The translations under genes and the position numbers were made by a program. From NCBI GenBank assembly GCA_963843145.1, contig CAWJJC010000023.1, positions 1 through 64,000 on the forward strand: 64,000 bases of DNA, written 5' to 3'. Every line of letters begins with the position of its first letter. Within the stretch, counting starts at the first letter, position 1. Source of the DNA: an uncultured delta proteobacterium (lineage in GTDB: Bacteria; Desulfobacterota; RBG-13-43-22). Positions 51,615-61,598 of this stretch are shown one piece after another. Under the pieces are notes generated by a model. The model had not been told where the DNA came from. It saw nothing but the letters and a program-made list of their open reading frames with translations, and did no database searches.

Positions 51615-52143
51615 ATCCTGCCCCGGAGAAAAATACAAATCCGGCCTGCTGCCCCTTTCCGCCGGTGAAACTATCAAAGAAGAGGTCATCCGGGATAGAA
51701 TCCTCCGCCTTTTATTGAGCGAAAAGGGATATCAGGAAGAGGACCTGGAACTGGATATGCCTTTCAGCCTGGTTATAGGTCCGGATACCTTTTCGCTGAA
51801 GGCCTCCATCCTAATTCAATTGGGCGGAAAAAAGGTGATGCTGATCAAATGCGGCGCCGGCTCCATCCTGGCCCGGGAGCGGGCTACCCTCGCCCTGGCC
51901 CGTATATTCACCGACTATCAAATTCCCCTCAGCGTCGTGACCAACAGCGAAGACGCCACCCTGTTGAATACCTTGAACGGGGAAACCCTGGAATGCGGCT
52001 TGGCGGCTATTCCGGGAAGGGGGCAACTCCTCGATCGTCTGGAGGGGCTGTCTTTTGTGCCGCTCCCGGACAAACGTCTGAAAATGGAAAAGCAAATCTT
52101 GTCGGCCTTTGAGGCCCTGGGCCTGCATGGGGAATGCCGCTAA
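51607..52143 (+). CDS. Stand-alone HsdR N-terminal-like domain protein
   Basis: EEVIR..LLSEKGY..MLIKC..VVTNSED. Confidence 0.6.
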   Translation: MSESCPGEKYKSGLLPLSAGETIKEEVIRDRILRLLLSEKGYQEEDLELDMPFSLVIGPDTFSLKASILIQLGGKKVMLIKCGAGSILARERATLALARIFTDYQIPLSVVTNSEDATLLNTLNGETLECGLAAIPGRGQLLDRLEGLSFVPLPDKRLKMEKQILSAFEALGLHGECR

Positions 52144-52171
52144 AACCGCTACTTGATCTGAATATCGGTTT

Positions 52172-52933
52172 TTATTGCTTCCCGATATACCCGGCTCTTT
52201 CCCGAATGAGCGCGTCGATTTCCTTCCGGTTTTTGATCATGAAATCAAGCATCTGTTTGGAAAGGAAGGCCAACTGAGGAATGTCCCGGGCCTGTATCTC
52301 CTCGATTTTGAACAGGATCTCGTTCCGGTACAGGTAGGCAACGATCGCGTCCTCCGCATCCAGTTGAACCTCGAACCGGTCCCTCAAATACTCCAGCCAG
52401 CGTCCAAACTCCTGGGAATGGTCCAGATGGTCGACCGGAATCCCGCTCTCTAAACTCAACTGTTTGAAGGTCCCCGGCTCGGTTCCCGACCCTTTGAGGT
52501 AATCGAGTACATGGGCGAATTGATGAATCAGCGTGGAATCTTGAATTTGGGGGGTAATGGCCAGATAAAAATGCGTAGGGTCGTTTTCCTTGGTCTTCCG
52601 AGTATTGACCAGAATAGCGGCGCTGCCTTTTAGACCCTCCAGAGGGATTTCCTGACCGGAAACCCCCAAATTCCGGTAAGCCTCCAGGTCGACGCACTTG
52701 ATCCCCATCGAGCTATCCAGAATCCCGTCTTGGACCAAGGCCTCGATCATTGCCCTGGACCGGCCGTAATGGACCTCGGGTAAGCCGCAGATCTTACGGC
52801 CGGCTTCCGGGTCCAAGACTTCCTTTTTCCTTAGGACCAGTTCCCCTTCCCGGCCCATATGGCACTTTTTGAATTTTTTCCCGCTTCCGCAGGGGCAGGG
52901 ATCGTTTCGTCCTGTTTTGGACAAAGGTTCCAC
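52172..52933 (-). CDS. SEC-C motif protein
   Basis: GRNDPCPCGSGKKFKKCH at the N-terminus. Confidence 0.8.
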   Translation of the reverse strand: MEPLSKTGRNDPCPCGSGKKFKKCHMGREGELVLRKKEVLDPEAGRKICGLPEVHYGRSRAMIEALVQDGILDSSMGIKCVDLEAYRNLGVSGQEIPLEGLKGSAAILVNTRKTKENDPTHFYLAITPQIQDSTLIHQFAHVLDYLKGSGTEPGTFKQLSLESGIPVDHLDHSQEFGRWLEYLRDRFEVQLDAEDAIVAYLYRNEILFKIEEIQARDIPQLAFLSKQMLDFMIKNRKEIDALIRERAGYIGKQ

Positions 52934-52938
52934 TTCGG

Positions 52939-53205
52939 TTAATCCTCAATGATGTCGCACTTCAAGGCATCGTAAGACCATACCGGAAGTGGGCCCGTCT
53001 CGCCATTTTCCGGATTGTACCGGTGGCGGTAAGAGGCCTTGGCCTTCATGGTCTTCATGGTCCAGTCCCAACCCCGGACAAAATAGGGGCATTCGTCATT
53101 AAAACAGATGTACTGAAATTCCGATCCCCAGGTGGAAGCGGCCGGCGTTTTCCACTTCTTCATTTTCTGCCCGCAATGGGGGCATATGGTTTTATCCTCT
53201 TCCAT
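52939..53205 (-). CDS. Small zinc-ribbon protein
   Basis: CPHC..CFNDECPYF, GGAGG RBS. Confidence 0.7.
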   Translation of the reverse strand: MEEDKTICPHCGQKMKKWKTPAASTWGSEFQYICFNDECPYFVRGWDWTMKTMKAKASYRHRYNPENGETGPLPVWSYDALKCDIIED

Positions 53206-53390
53206 CGATTCTCTTTCCTCCCGTATTCAGTTACTCAAGTCTTGATTAAAGTAATCGGCTGAGGCCTTTTTGTCAACTTTCTCCCGATAGTAATGTACCA
53301 TGGGAATGTCCTGGGATGAGGGAAACGTGGCTATGCAGTTTTTTCCAGCCCCCTGGAGGGAACCAAAGGCCGGAAACAAGTCTGATTTTA

Positions 53391-54095
53391 TCAGAACCCC
53401 AGATAGGCCTTGCAGACCTGCTCATCCTGGAGCAGGTCCCGGGCCGGTCCTTCCCTAACGATCTCGCCATTCTCCAAAACATAGGCCCGCTGGGCGAGAT
53501 TGAGGGAATGATGGACATTCTGTTCGACCAGGAGGATAGTGATGCCATCCTGATTAATCTGCCGGAGGATGGCAAAGATGCTGTTGACCAGCAGGGGAGA
53601 AAGGCCCAAAGAGGGTTCATCCAGCATAAGGATCTTGGGGTTGGACATGAGTCCCCGTCCGATGGCCAGCATCTGCTGTTCCCCGCCGGAAAGGGTCCCC
53701 GCGGTCTGGGACTGACGCTCCTCCAATCGGGGGAATAGGGCGTAAATTTTTTTCAGGTTTTCCTTCTTGAATTTTCGGGCTTTCGGGTTCAAGGCCCCCA
53801 GATCCAAATTTTCCAGAACGGTCATAGTCGGGAAGAGTTGCCTCCCTTCCGGGATCTGGATGATCCCCATTTCCACGATAGCCGAGGTCGATCGGTTCTG
53901 GATGGGCTGATCGTTCCAGGTGATGGTACCGCGCTTCGGTCTCAGGATCCCGGAGATGCCGCGGATGGTGGTGGACTTCCCGGCCCCGTTGGAGCCGATG
54001 AGGGTGACGATTTCCCCTTCCCGCACTTCCAACGAGACCTCCCGCAGGGCCTGGAGATCCCCGTAAAACACGTCGATATGCTCAACTCGGAGCAA
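53391..54095 (-). CDS. HAAT ABC transporter ATPase (LivF-like)
   Basis: GSNGAGKST, LSGGEQQMLAIGR, LVEQN. Confidence 0.92.
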   Translation of the reverse strand: MLRVEHIDVFYGDLQALREVSLEVREGEIVTLIGSNGAGKSTTIRGISGILRPKRGTITWNDQPIQNRSTSAIVEMGIIQIPEGRQLFPTMTVLENLDLGALNPKARKFKKENLKKIYALFPRLEERQSQTAGTLSGGEQQMLAIGRGLMSNPKILMLDEPSLGLSPLLVNSIFAILRQINQDGITILLVEQNVHHSLNLAQRAYVLENGEIVREGPARDLLQDEQVCKAYLGF

Positions 54096-54807
54096 AGCAG
54101 AATTCCTCCCCCAGGTAGGCTTCCACGACCAGTGGGTTCTTGACTACCTCCTCCGGCGCCCCCTCGGCTATCTTCTCCCCGAAATTGAGCACCAGGATGC
54201 GCTGAGACAGGGCCATGACCCCTCGCATCACGTGTTCGATCAACAGGATGGTAACCCCCCCCCGGTTGATCTCCCGAATCAACCCGATCAGGATATCGGT
54301 CTCCGTCGGGTTGATCCCGGCCATTACCTCGTCGAGCATCAGCAGCTTCGGGTCCGTGGCCAAAGCGCGGGCCAACTCCAGCCGCTTCCGGTTGGGCAGG
54401 GTCAGTTCATTGCCCAGGGCCCGGCGCTTATCCTTGAGTCCGACAAACTGGATGACCTGGTCGGCCTTTTTCGTGGCTTCCTTCAAATCCTTCAACCGGT
54501 TAAAAGCGGCCACGATGACATTGTCCAGAACGCTCAGTTCCAGAAAGGGTTTAACGATCTGAAAGGTCCGGACCAGCCCCCGCTGGCAGATCTGGTGAGG
54601 TTTAAGGCCGAGCAGCGGCTGGTTTTGGAAAAAAACCCGGCCGCTGTCCTGTTTGATAAATCCGGTCAGGATATTGAACAGAGTCGTTTTCCCGGCCCCG
54701 TTAGGGCCGATCACCGCCATGATTTCCCCGGACCGGATCTCCAGGGATACATTATCCAGGGCCCTAAGTCCCCCGAAGTTTTTCTCGATGTGGTCAACCG
54801 CCAGCAT
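54082..54807 (-). CDS. HAAT ABC transporter ATPase (LivG-like)
   Basis: GPNGAGKTT, LELARALA, LIEH, EAYLG. Confidence 0.92.
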   Translation of the reverse strand: MLAVDHIEKNFGGLRALDNVSLEIRSGEIMAVIGPNGAGKTTLFNILTGFIKQDSGRVFFQNQPLLGLKPHQICQRGLVRTFQIVKPFLELSVLDNVIVAAFNRLKDLKEATKKADQVIQFVGLKDKRRALGNELTLPNRKRLELARALATDPKLLMLDEVMAGINPTETDILIGLIREINRGGVTILLIEHVMRGVMALSQRILVLNFGEKIAEGAPEEVVKNPLVVEAYLGEEFCFAPS

Positions 54808-54812
54808 ACCGG

Positions 54813-55781
54813 TTAATCTTTTTCCTTGATGAAGAAGGGTCTTAACTTTCGGTTCAATAGGGGCATGATCCCCCGGGGAAAGAAAAACACGGCGAAGATC
54901 AACACAAAACCGTAAATGACCATGTGCAGCCCTGGACGCCCTATCTCGCTCAAGTACGCCCGGGTCCATTCGGCGGGCAGGGTGATCAGAAAAGAGCCCA
55001 CGATGGGCCCCAAAACGGTTCCCATTCCGCCGATGATCGGCCGGAGAATAATCTCGATGGACATGCCCATGCTCATCACCCGATCCGGGCTCAGGTGAAA
55101 GATCCGGTTGGCATCGAAGGTCCCGGCCAGGGCCGTCATGAAAGCGCTCAGGGAAATGGCCAGCATTTTATATTTGAAGGTATTGACGCCCAGGCTCTCC
55201 GCCGCGTCCTCGTCTTCCCGGATGGCCACCAGATAGCGTCCGGCCTTGGAAAGCTCCAGTATCCGCACCACCATAACCGAAAAAAGCAGTAACCCTAAAG
55301 AAACATAATAATAGGGGAGATTGCCCCGGAACTGCATGTTCCAAAAACCGGGATGGAAATCGATAAACAATCCCATAAACGAACCGAGACTGTCCATTTG
55401 CAGGGCGATCAGTCGCCCGATTTCAGCAAAAGCAATAGTAATCAGTACGAAATAGACCCCCCGTAGACCAAACCTAAACCCCAGGAAACCGACAATGAGT
55501 CCGACCACCGTGGCCAGCAGACCTCCGGCAAACATCCCGACCCAGGGGGTCAATCCGAAGACCATGACCAGACGCGTCGAGGTGTAGGCCCCGATCCCCA
55601 GGTACAGGGAATGGCCCAGGGATATGTTGCCGGTATAACCGGTCAGAATATTCCAACACTGACCCAGGTAAGCATAATAAAAAATAAGGATGAAGATTTC
55701 CATCCAGTAGTTGTTTAGAACTCCAGGAAGCAGGAGGAGCACGGCCAGGCAGAGCGCCAGGAAGACATAGAGGCGTTTCAT
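54813..55781 (-). CDS. HAAT ABC permease (LivM-like)
   Basis: GYTGNISLGH, AIREDEDAAESLG, GGMGT. Confidence 0.9.
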   Translation of the reverse strand: MKRLYVFLALCLAVLLLLPGVLNNYWMEIFILIFYYAYLGQCWNILTGYTGNISLGHSLYLGIGAYTSTRLVMVFGLTPWVGMFAGGLLATVVGLIVGFLGFRFGLRGVYFVLITIAFAEIGRLIALQMDSLGSFMGLFIDFHPGFWNMQFRGNLPYYYVSLGLLLFSVMVVRILELSKAGRYLVAIREDEDAAESLGVNTFKYKMLAISLSAFMTALAGTFDANRIFHLSPDRVMSMGMSIEIILRPIIGGMGTVLGPIVGSFLITLPAEWTRAYLSEIGRPGLHMVIYGFVLIFAVFFFPRGIMPLLNRKLRPFFIKEKD

Positions 55782-56650
55782 CAGGACTTGCCCCCGAAAA
55801 GGCCCTGAGGCCGAAAAAGCAGGATCACCACCATGATGGTGAAGCTGACCACCTGCTTCATGGAACTGGGCAGGAAGACCGTCCCCAGAGATTCGGCCAC
55901 GCCGATGATCAGACCGCCCACCAGGGCGCCGGCCAGACTGCCCATCCCCCCCAGGATGACGATGACAAAAGAGACCATGGTATAGGGGGCCCCCATGGTG
56001 GCCTTGGCCGGCATCAAGGGCACCAACAGCGCTCCGGCGGCACCCACACAGGCCGCTCCGATCCCGAAGCAGATGCCGTAAAGGCGGTTGATATGGGTCC
56101 CGATGATCAGGGCGCCGAGGCGGTTGTCGGCCGCGGCCCGGATGGCTTTGCCGATAGTGGTTTTCTTGAGGAATACCAGGACAATGAAGGTGATGACGAT
56201 GGACAGGACAAAGGCGATCAAGCGGGGCACGTCCACGGTCAGCGGTCCCAGCCGGAAGGAGGCCAGGGCCAGGCTGGTCTTGGGGCTGATGTCGCTGCCC
56301 CCCCAGATCATCAGGGTGCCGTTTTCAAAAATGATGGCCAGCCCGACCAGCACCAGCACCTGCATGGCCTCGGGCAAATCCAAAATACGATTGACGAAGA
56401 TCAGTTGGACCAGATAGCCGACCCCAAACATCAGCCCGGCCACGATCGGCAGGGACAGATAAGGGTCGATGCCCCAGCCCAGCAACAGCGTGATGGACAG
56501 GAACATGGCAAAGACCATCATCTCGCCGTGGGCGAAGTTGATGACCTTCATGACCCCGAAGATCAGGGAGAGGCCTAGAGCGATCAGGCTGTAGACCCCC
56601 CCCATCAAAAAACCCTGCAAGGCCAACTGCAGGACCAGCGTCCAGTCCAT
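55781..56650 (-). CDS. HAAT ABC permease (LivH-like)
   Basis: GLSLIFGVMKVINFAHGE, LGGMGS, RPQGLFG. Confidence 0.92.
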   Translation of the reverse strand: MDWTLVLQLALQGFLMGGVYSLIALGLSLIFGVMKVINFAHGEMMVFAMFLSITLLLGWGIDPYLSLPIVAGLMFGVGYLVQLIFVNRILDLPEAMQVLVLVGLAIIFENGTLMIWGGSDISPKTSLALASFRLGPLTVDVPRLIAFVLSIVITFIVLVFLKKTTIGKAIRAAADNRLGALIIGTHINRLYGICFGIGAACVGAAGALLVPLMPAKATMGAPYTMVSFVIVILGGMGSLAGALVGGLIIGVAESLGTVFLPSSMKQVVSFTIMVVILLFRPQGLFGGKS

Positions 56651-56653
56651 GAA

Positions 56654-57937
56654 CTACCCTCGATCCCAGAGCTGCTTCCAGGGAAAAACGTAGGGCGCCT
56701 CGGCCGAATCTTTGGGCAGGACCACCTTGACCCGGTCGTCCACCTTGGGGTCCGGAAGGACCTGCACCATGGCCGCCGTGGCGTTGATGTTGTCGCCCTT
56801 CTCGTCAAAAACCACCGGGCCCCCGACCATGGGATGGTCTTTGAAATTCGTCTTGCGCAAGGCCTCCCGCAGAGCCGCCGGGTCCGTCGACTTAGCCCGC
56901 TCCAGGGCGTCGGCGATCACCATGACCCCGGTGTAGGCATACCCGGAGTTGGTATCCAGATATTTTCCGGGATATTGTTTTTCAAACTTCTTGTTCATTT
57001 CTCTATAAACGGGGCTCTTGGGATTGACCCAGGGCACGTTATCCATGACGTAATAGGCCAGTTTGTCCATATCGCGGATGAATTCCGGTTCGTACCATCC
57101 CGGGCTTCCCGGGCTGATGATCCCCACGAGTTCCACTCGCTGCTTGTACAATTCCCGGATCAGAAGTTTGGCATCGCCGGGACGGGATACGGGACACAAT
57201 AATTCCGGTTTGGCCGCCTTGAGTTTGGCCACCTCGGCCGAGAGATCTTTGACCCCCAGCGGGTATTCGATGTGCTCGACGATTTCAAAGGGAAGCTTGT
57301 GGTCCTTGACATACTTAATGAACGCGGCCCCCTGTCCTCGCCCGAAGGCGTCTCCGGCGTTGGCCACGGCGATCCGCTTGATGGTCACTCTCTTTTCCTT
57401 GAGGATCTGATCCAGATAGATCCCCATGCTTTTCATGAAATACTCGACCTTGGGGAAGCAGCGAAACACGTTCTTATAGCCCTTGGCGGTAATGGCATCC
57501 AGGGCGGCCACGTCGATGACAAAAGGGATATTCCGCTGTTCGGACAGAGTGGCAATGGCCATGGCCACGCCGCTTAAAAAGGGACCCACCAGGCAGACGG
57601 CCCCTTCTTTGATCTGCCGCTCGGCCACGGTCCGGCCCACCTCCTCCTTGGCTTCGTTGTCCCCCAGCAGGAGTTTCAGCTTGGCCCCGCCCAGGGACTT
57701 GATGCCGCCCCGGGCGTTGACTTCATCCGCAGCCAGCTTGTTGCCCCGTTGCATGGCAATGCCGATATCTGGAAGCGGTCCGGTAATCGGCTGAATGGAA
57801 CCGATGGTGATTTCCTTCGGCTGGCTCCGGACGATGGCCGGAAAACCAGTGATGGCCGTGACCGCGCCGACGGCTGCTGAAGTCTTCAGAAATGTCCTCC
57901 GGTCAATACCTTGGGGCTTACCTTGCTTCTCTTTCAT
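56654..57937 (-). CDS. HAAT substrate-binding protein with Tat signal
   Basis: DRRTFLK twin-arginine signal and a LivK-like sequence. Confidence 0.88.
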   Translation of the reverse strand: MKEKQGKPQGIDRRTFLKTSAAVGAVTAITGFPAIVRSQPKEITIGSIQPITGPLPDIGIAMQRGNKLAADEVNARGGIKSLGGAKLKLLLGDNEAKEEVGRTVAERQIKEGAVCLVGPFLSGVAMAIATLSEQRNIPFVIDVAALDAITAKGYKNVFRCFPKVEYFMKSMGIYLDQILKEKRVTIKRIAVANAGDAFGRGQGAAFIKYVKDHKLPFEIVEHIEYPLGVKDLSAEVAKLKAAKPELLCPVSRPGDAKLLIRELYKQRVELVGIISPGSPGWYEPEFIRDMDKLAYYVMDNVPWVNPKSPVYREMNKKFEKQYPGKYLDTNSGYAYTGVMVIADALERAKSTDPAALREALRKTNFKDHPMVGGPVVFDEKGDNINATAAMVQVLPDPKVDDRVKVVLPKDSAEAPYVFPWKQLWDRG

Positions 57938-58101
57938 GGTTTCCTCCTTTTACCAACAGGGTTAATAAGAACTAAATCGAATTCAACTTATTATCGTTTC
58001 AATCTTTTTGCTTCACGTCAAGTGGTATTTTTATCACAAACCGATGACTTTTTTCAATAGTTTTTGAAAGGTTAGGCCCTAACCCGAAAAACAAATGTTT
58101 T

Positions 58102-59403
58102 TTAAAGGGCTTCGATCTCCGGCAGAATCACCCCTCCTGAGGGAATCACGTGGACTTCAGGTGAAGGGCAGTAGCGGGCGCTAATGGCTATAGCCTGGTC
58201 CAGGTCCTCGGCATACACATACCCCATGCGTTCCACCGTCGTCCGGGGGATGTCTCCGGAGACCAGGACAATCTTGAATTGGTGCTGCGCCGCCAGAGCG
58301 AAAGCCAAAGCCATATTGTAGTCCACGGCCCCGCCCTCCATGATCAAACGCCTTTCCGAAAAATGGGCCAGGACTCCCCCGAACAAGTCCCCGGCCTGCC
58401 GGGACCGGAACCTTTCAAAGCTGGCGATAAAGGGCTCCGGCAAATTCCCCGAGCAGTCCGCGGCCAAAATGATGCAGCCCCCCGGTTTGGTTACCAGGGA
58501 AGCCGGTACCAGGGGTTTGACGATTTGGGGCCCTTCCCGGTAGGGGAAGGAGGTGGTCACGGTGAGGTCGGCCCGTTTGGGGAAACGCCGGGTAGTCAGG
58601 GCCCGGCAAATCCGGGCGCCGGCCCGATGGGCCTCGATCGGATCTCCGGCCACTAGATCGGCCAGGGCATCCTTTTGGTCCAGGACCCCGTTGACCACAA
58701 AATGCAAAGGCACCGACCGGGCCAGGGCGCAGACTTCCTCATAAAAAGGGTTCCCGTCTAATTTTCCCAGACCGGTGCCGGATTGAAAGGTATAATGGAA
58801 ATGATGCTCGGTAATGGCTTCCAGATCGGCCACTCCGGGAAAGAGGATCTTCCCGCCTCCGCCGAAACCGTTCATGGGATGGGGGAAGATAGACCCTATT
58901 CCGAGGCGGAAGGTGGCCTCCATGACGCGGCGGTTGATCTTGACCCCATGTCCGGTTTTCAGTCGGGCGGCCGGCACCAGATCGGCGGCCCGGCAGTCGT
59001 GGTTCACGAACTCGTACCGGTCGACCAGTTCCTGCCCGAAGGCCCCTTCAATTTCCTCCTGTTCCAAGCCCCGGTGGGTGCCCAGAGAAAATATGATCAC
59101 GATTTGCCGGTCCGGGATCCTTTTTTTCCCCAGGAGTTCCAGGATCGCTTCCAGGATGATTTTCTTGGGAGAGGGCCGGGTCAGGTCTTCGATGAGCACT
59201 GCCACCCGGTCCTTTTCGGTAACCAATTCCGATAACGGGGGGGCGCCGATAGGGCTTTGCAGGACCGACCGGGTTTTATCCCGGATATTGTCCACTCCCG
59301 GGGAATCCTCAAAATCCGCGAAAGATAATATTTTCCAGGCCGAGGGGACCGTCAGGGGTGTCTTCCGGTTCTGGTATTGGAGAAAAAGATCCTTCATCAT
59401 CAC
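58102..59403 (-). CDS. LarA-family nickel-pincer racemase/epimerase
   Basis: EDLTRP, LGTHR, NHD, PHPMNGFGGGGKILFPG. Confidence 0.82.
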   Translation of the reverse strand: MMMKDLFLQYQNRKTPLTVPSAWKILSFADFEDSPGVDNIRDKTRSVLQSPIGAPPLSELVTEKDRVAVLIEDLTRPSPKKIILEAILELLGKKRIPDRQIVIIFSLGTHRGLEQEEIEGAFGQELVDRYEFVNHDCRAADLVPAARLKTGHGVKINRRVMEATFRLGIGSIFPHPMNGFGGGGKILFPGVADLEAITEHHFHYTFQSGTGLGKLDGNPFYEEVCALARSVPLHFVVNGVLDQKDALADLVAGDPIEAHRAGARICRALTTRRFPKRADLTVTTSFPYREGPQIVKPLVPASLVTKPGGCIILAADCSGNLPEPFIASFERFRSRQAGDLFGGVLAHFSERRLIMEGGAVDYNMALAFALAAQHQFKIVLVSGDIPRTTVERMGYVYAEDLDQAIAISARYCPSPEVHVIPSGGVILPEIEAL

Positions 59404-59472
59404 CTCACAAAACGTTTAACCAAAAATAAATGAATATTTGGTTTAAATTCTCAGGTAAACATATGCAAAAAT

Positions 59473-60219
59473 CTAAAAACGACTTTTTGCCCGCTTCAAG
59501 CAGGACTTAATTTCCTCTCCCTTTAGGCGAAAGGCCTGCTTCACCAGGGAGTAAAGCGGTCCCCGAATTTGACTCAACTTCGGCAGAGGCTTGAATTCTG
59601 AAAACCCCAAACCTGAAGGATCCAGGGATGGCAACATCAGTTTCTTTTCCAGCTCCGGTACGGCCCGGGGATCGGTGTTTTCTCCCAGGACCCCTTTCAA
59701 TTCACCGCTGCCCTCTATCGCCTTAATAAAAGCTAGAATCTCCTGAAGGCTGTAGGAGAGTGAAAATTTGGCCAAATCCTCATTAAAGAGCCGGACCCTT
59801 TTCTCCAAAGCCAGGACTTTTTCCAGGAGCGTTTGACTTCGCCCCCAGGCCAGGTCATACATTTGGGTGATCAGGGCCTGGTATTTGGCCTTAGAAGTTA
59901 AAGCAAACGGCAGTGCACAGATTGCCACGGCTTCCGAAAATGTACGCTCCGGAGGGTCCGGGACCGTGAGGAGCGGTCTCTCCCGTCCGAGGAGAGCGAA
60001 GAAGGAATTCATCGTTTCCGGATCCAGCAACAGGTCCCCAATCAAGGCCAGCGGGACCTGCACCTCCTGAGCCCATCTCTTTTGGATCTCTTTCGCCCGG
60101 CTGATCAGATCCTCCCGCTCCTCCTCCAATTCCCGACGGGTCCCGAAATAATTTTCGGCGATCTCCTTTTTGACCTGATAGGCCAGGGCCGCCGCGATGT
60201 CACCGACCTGTGTTGCCAA
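59473..60219 (-). CDS. Hypothetical helical protein
   Basis: 248-aa ORF with TTG start and AAGGA RBS. Confidence 0.65.
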   Translation of the reverse strand: MATQVGDIAAALAYQVKKEIAENYFGTRRELEEEREDLISRAKEIQKRWAQEVQVPLALIGDLLLDPETMNSFFALLGRERPLLTVPDPPERTFSEAVAICALPFALTSKAKYQALITQMYDLAWGRSQTLLEKVLALEKRVRLFNEDLAKFSLSYSLQEILAFIKAIEGSGELKGVLGENTDPRAVPELEKKLMLPSLDPSGLGFSEFKPLPKLSQIRGPLYSLVKQAFRLKGEEIKSCLKRAKSRF

Positions 60220-60245
60220 GAGATTCCTTCTTTATTTTATTGACC

Positions 60246-60556
60246 CTTCGCCCTTTTGAGCGGGTCCCCCCCAGATCTGGTACGGCCTTCCGGTCTCGGC
60301 GAAAGGGTTTTCCACCTTGCTTTATAGATTCTAACCCGGCCCCTGTGTTTCTAAATCTTCACGGAGGCAGGGCCAGCCTGGAAACCATCTAAAGCCTCTA
60401 GGTTTGGGCCTGGTTCAAATAAAATTAGGTGCTTAGGCCCGGATTCGAAGTCCGGAGTATCTTTGGAAAACCCTTTCGCCGAGACCGGAAGCCCACCAAG
60501 GCCCGATTTCAGTTTAATCTACCAGATCTTTTGGCCACCCACCCAAAAGGGCGAAG
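60246..60556. mobile_element. MITE-like element, copy B (311 bp)
   Basis: Ends TTCGCCCTTTTGAGCGGGT and ACCCACCCAAAAGGGCGAA. Perfect inner 28-bp IR at 60287-60314 and 60464-60491. Confidence 0.7.
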
Positions 60557-60595
60557 AACCATTTTACCCCAGTATTTTTTTCCAACAAGCGCCAA

Positions 60596-61598
60596 CTAAA
60601 TCCTGTTGTCCTGGATGGACCGCAAAGACAACCCTTCCTGCCAGAGTAGAAAAATACCCAGCAACGTGATGGGGATGAAATAAGCGAGCCAAAGGATAAT
60701 TGAAAAGGTCTTTGCCAGGTTGGGCTCGATCCCAAAAAAAGCCAGAGCGGCGGCACAGGCCCAATGAAAGGTCCCGATATACCCCGGGGCCGAGGGAATA
60801 CTCACCCCGAAAATCAATATGATCTCCACAAAAATAGCCTGCAGCAGGGTTAAATGAAGGCCGAACCCAAAAAAAAGCAAGTAAACGCCAAGACTTGAGA
60901 CAATCCACAAAAGCAGCGAATACCCTTTGATAATTAAAATGTCCTGTCCCCGCCGCAGGATCTCCAGACCGAACACGAAAGAGTTGATGATTTCCAGGAT
61001 CCGGTTGGATAACCGGGCGGGAAAAGGTTTAAGCACCTGCCCGATCAGTCGATTCAAGCGATGGTTATGAAAACGCAGCAAAACCAGAATGACCAAAACC
61101 AGGAAGTAAAACAGAAAACTGAACCAACCAATCATCTTTAATCCGGGTCGGCGTTAAAAACGATGTCGAGGTCTCCGGAAAAGGCATGAAAAGAAGCACT
61201 CCTAAGAACAAAAGCAATACGGAAAAACCGTCAAAGAGCCTCTCAACCACCAGTGTCGCCAAGCAAGCGGTTTTGCTTATTTTTTCCCGATCCCCGAGAA
61301 TAAAGGCCCGGACCAATTCCCCGATACGGGCCGGGAGGATATTGTTGGCCATAAATCCGATCGCCGTGGCCTTGAACAATTCGAGAAGTCCGACGCTCTT
61401 GATCGGGCTTAACAAATAGCGCCAGCGAACGGCCCGAATCCAGAGGCAGAACAGGTTGATCAGCATAATCGGAATAGTATAAAAATAGTTGACGCTTTGA
61501 AAGGCAATCCATATTTCCCGGATATCGACATTTCTAAAGAAAAAGAAGGCAAACAGGATCGAAACGGCGAAACCAAACCAATATTTCTTTTTGGTCAT
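60596..61598 (-). CDS. Lysylphosphatidylglycerol-synthase TM / flippase-like protein (frameshift near 61136-61139)
   Basis: RAVRWRYLL, NNILPARIGELVR, VERLFD, PSAPGYIG. Confidence 0.82.

Noticed and set aside
51607-52143. Type I restriction-modification system
   Set aside because: There is no helicase domain, hsdM or hsdS nearby.
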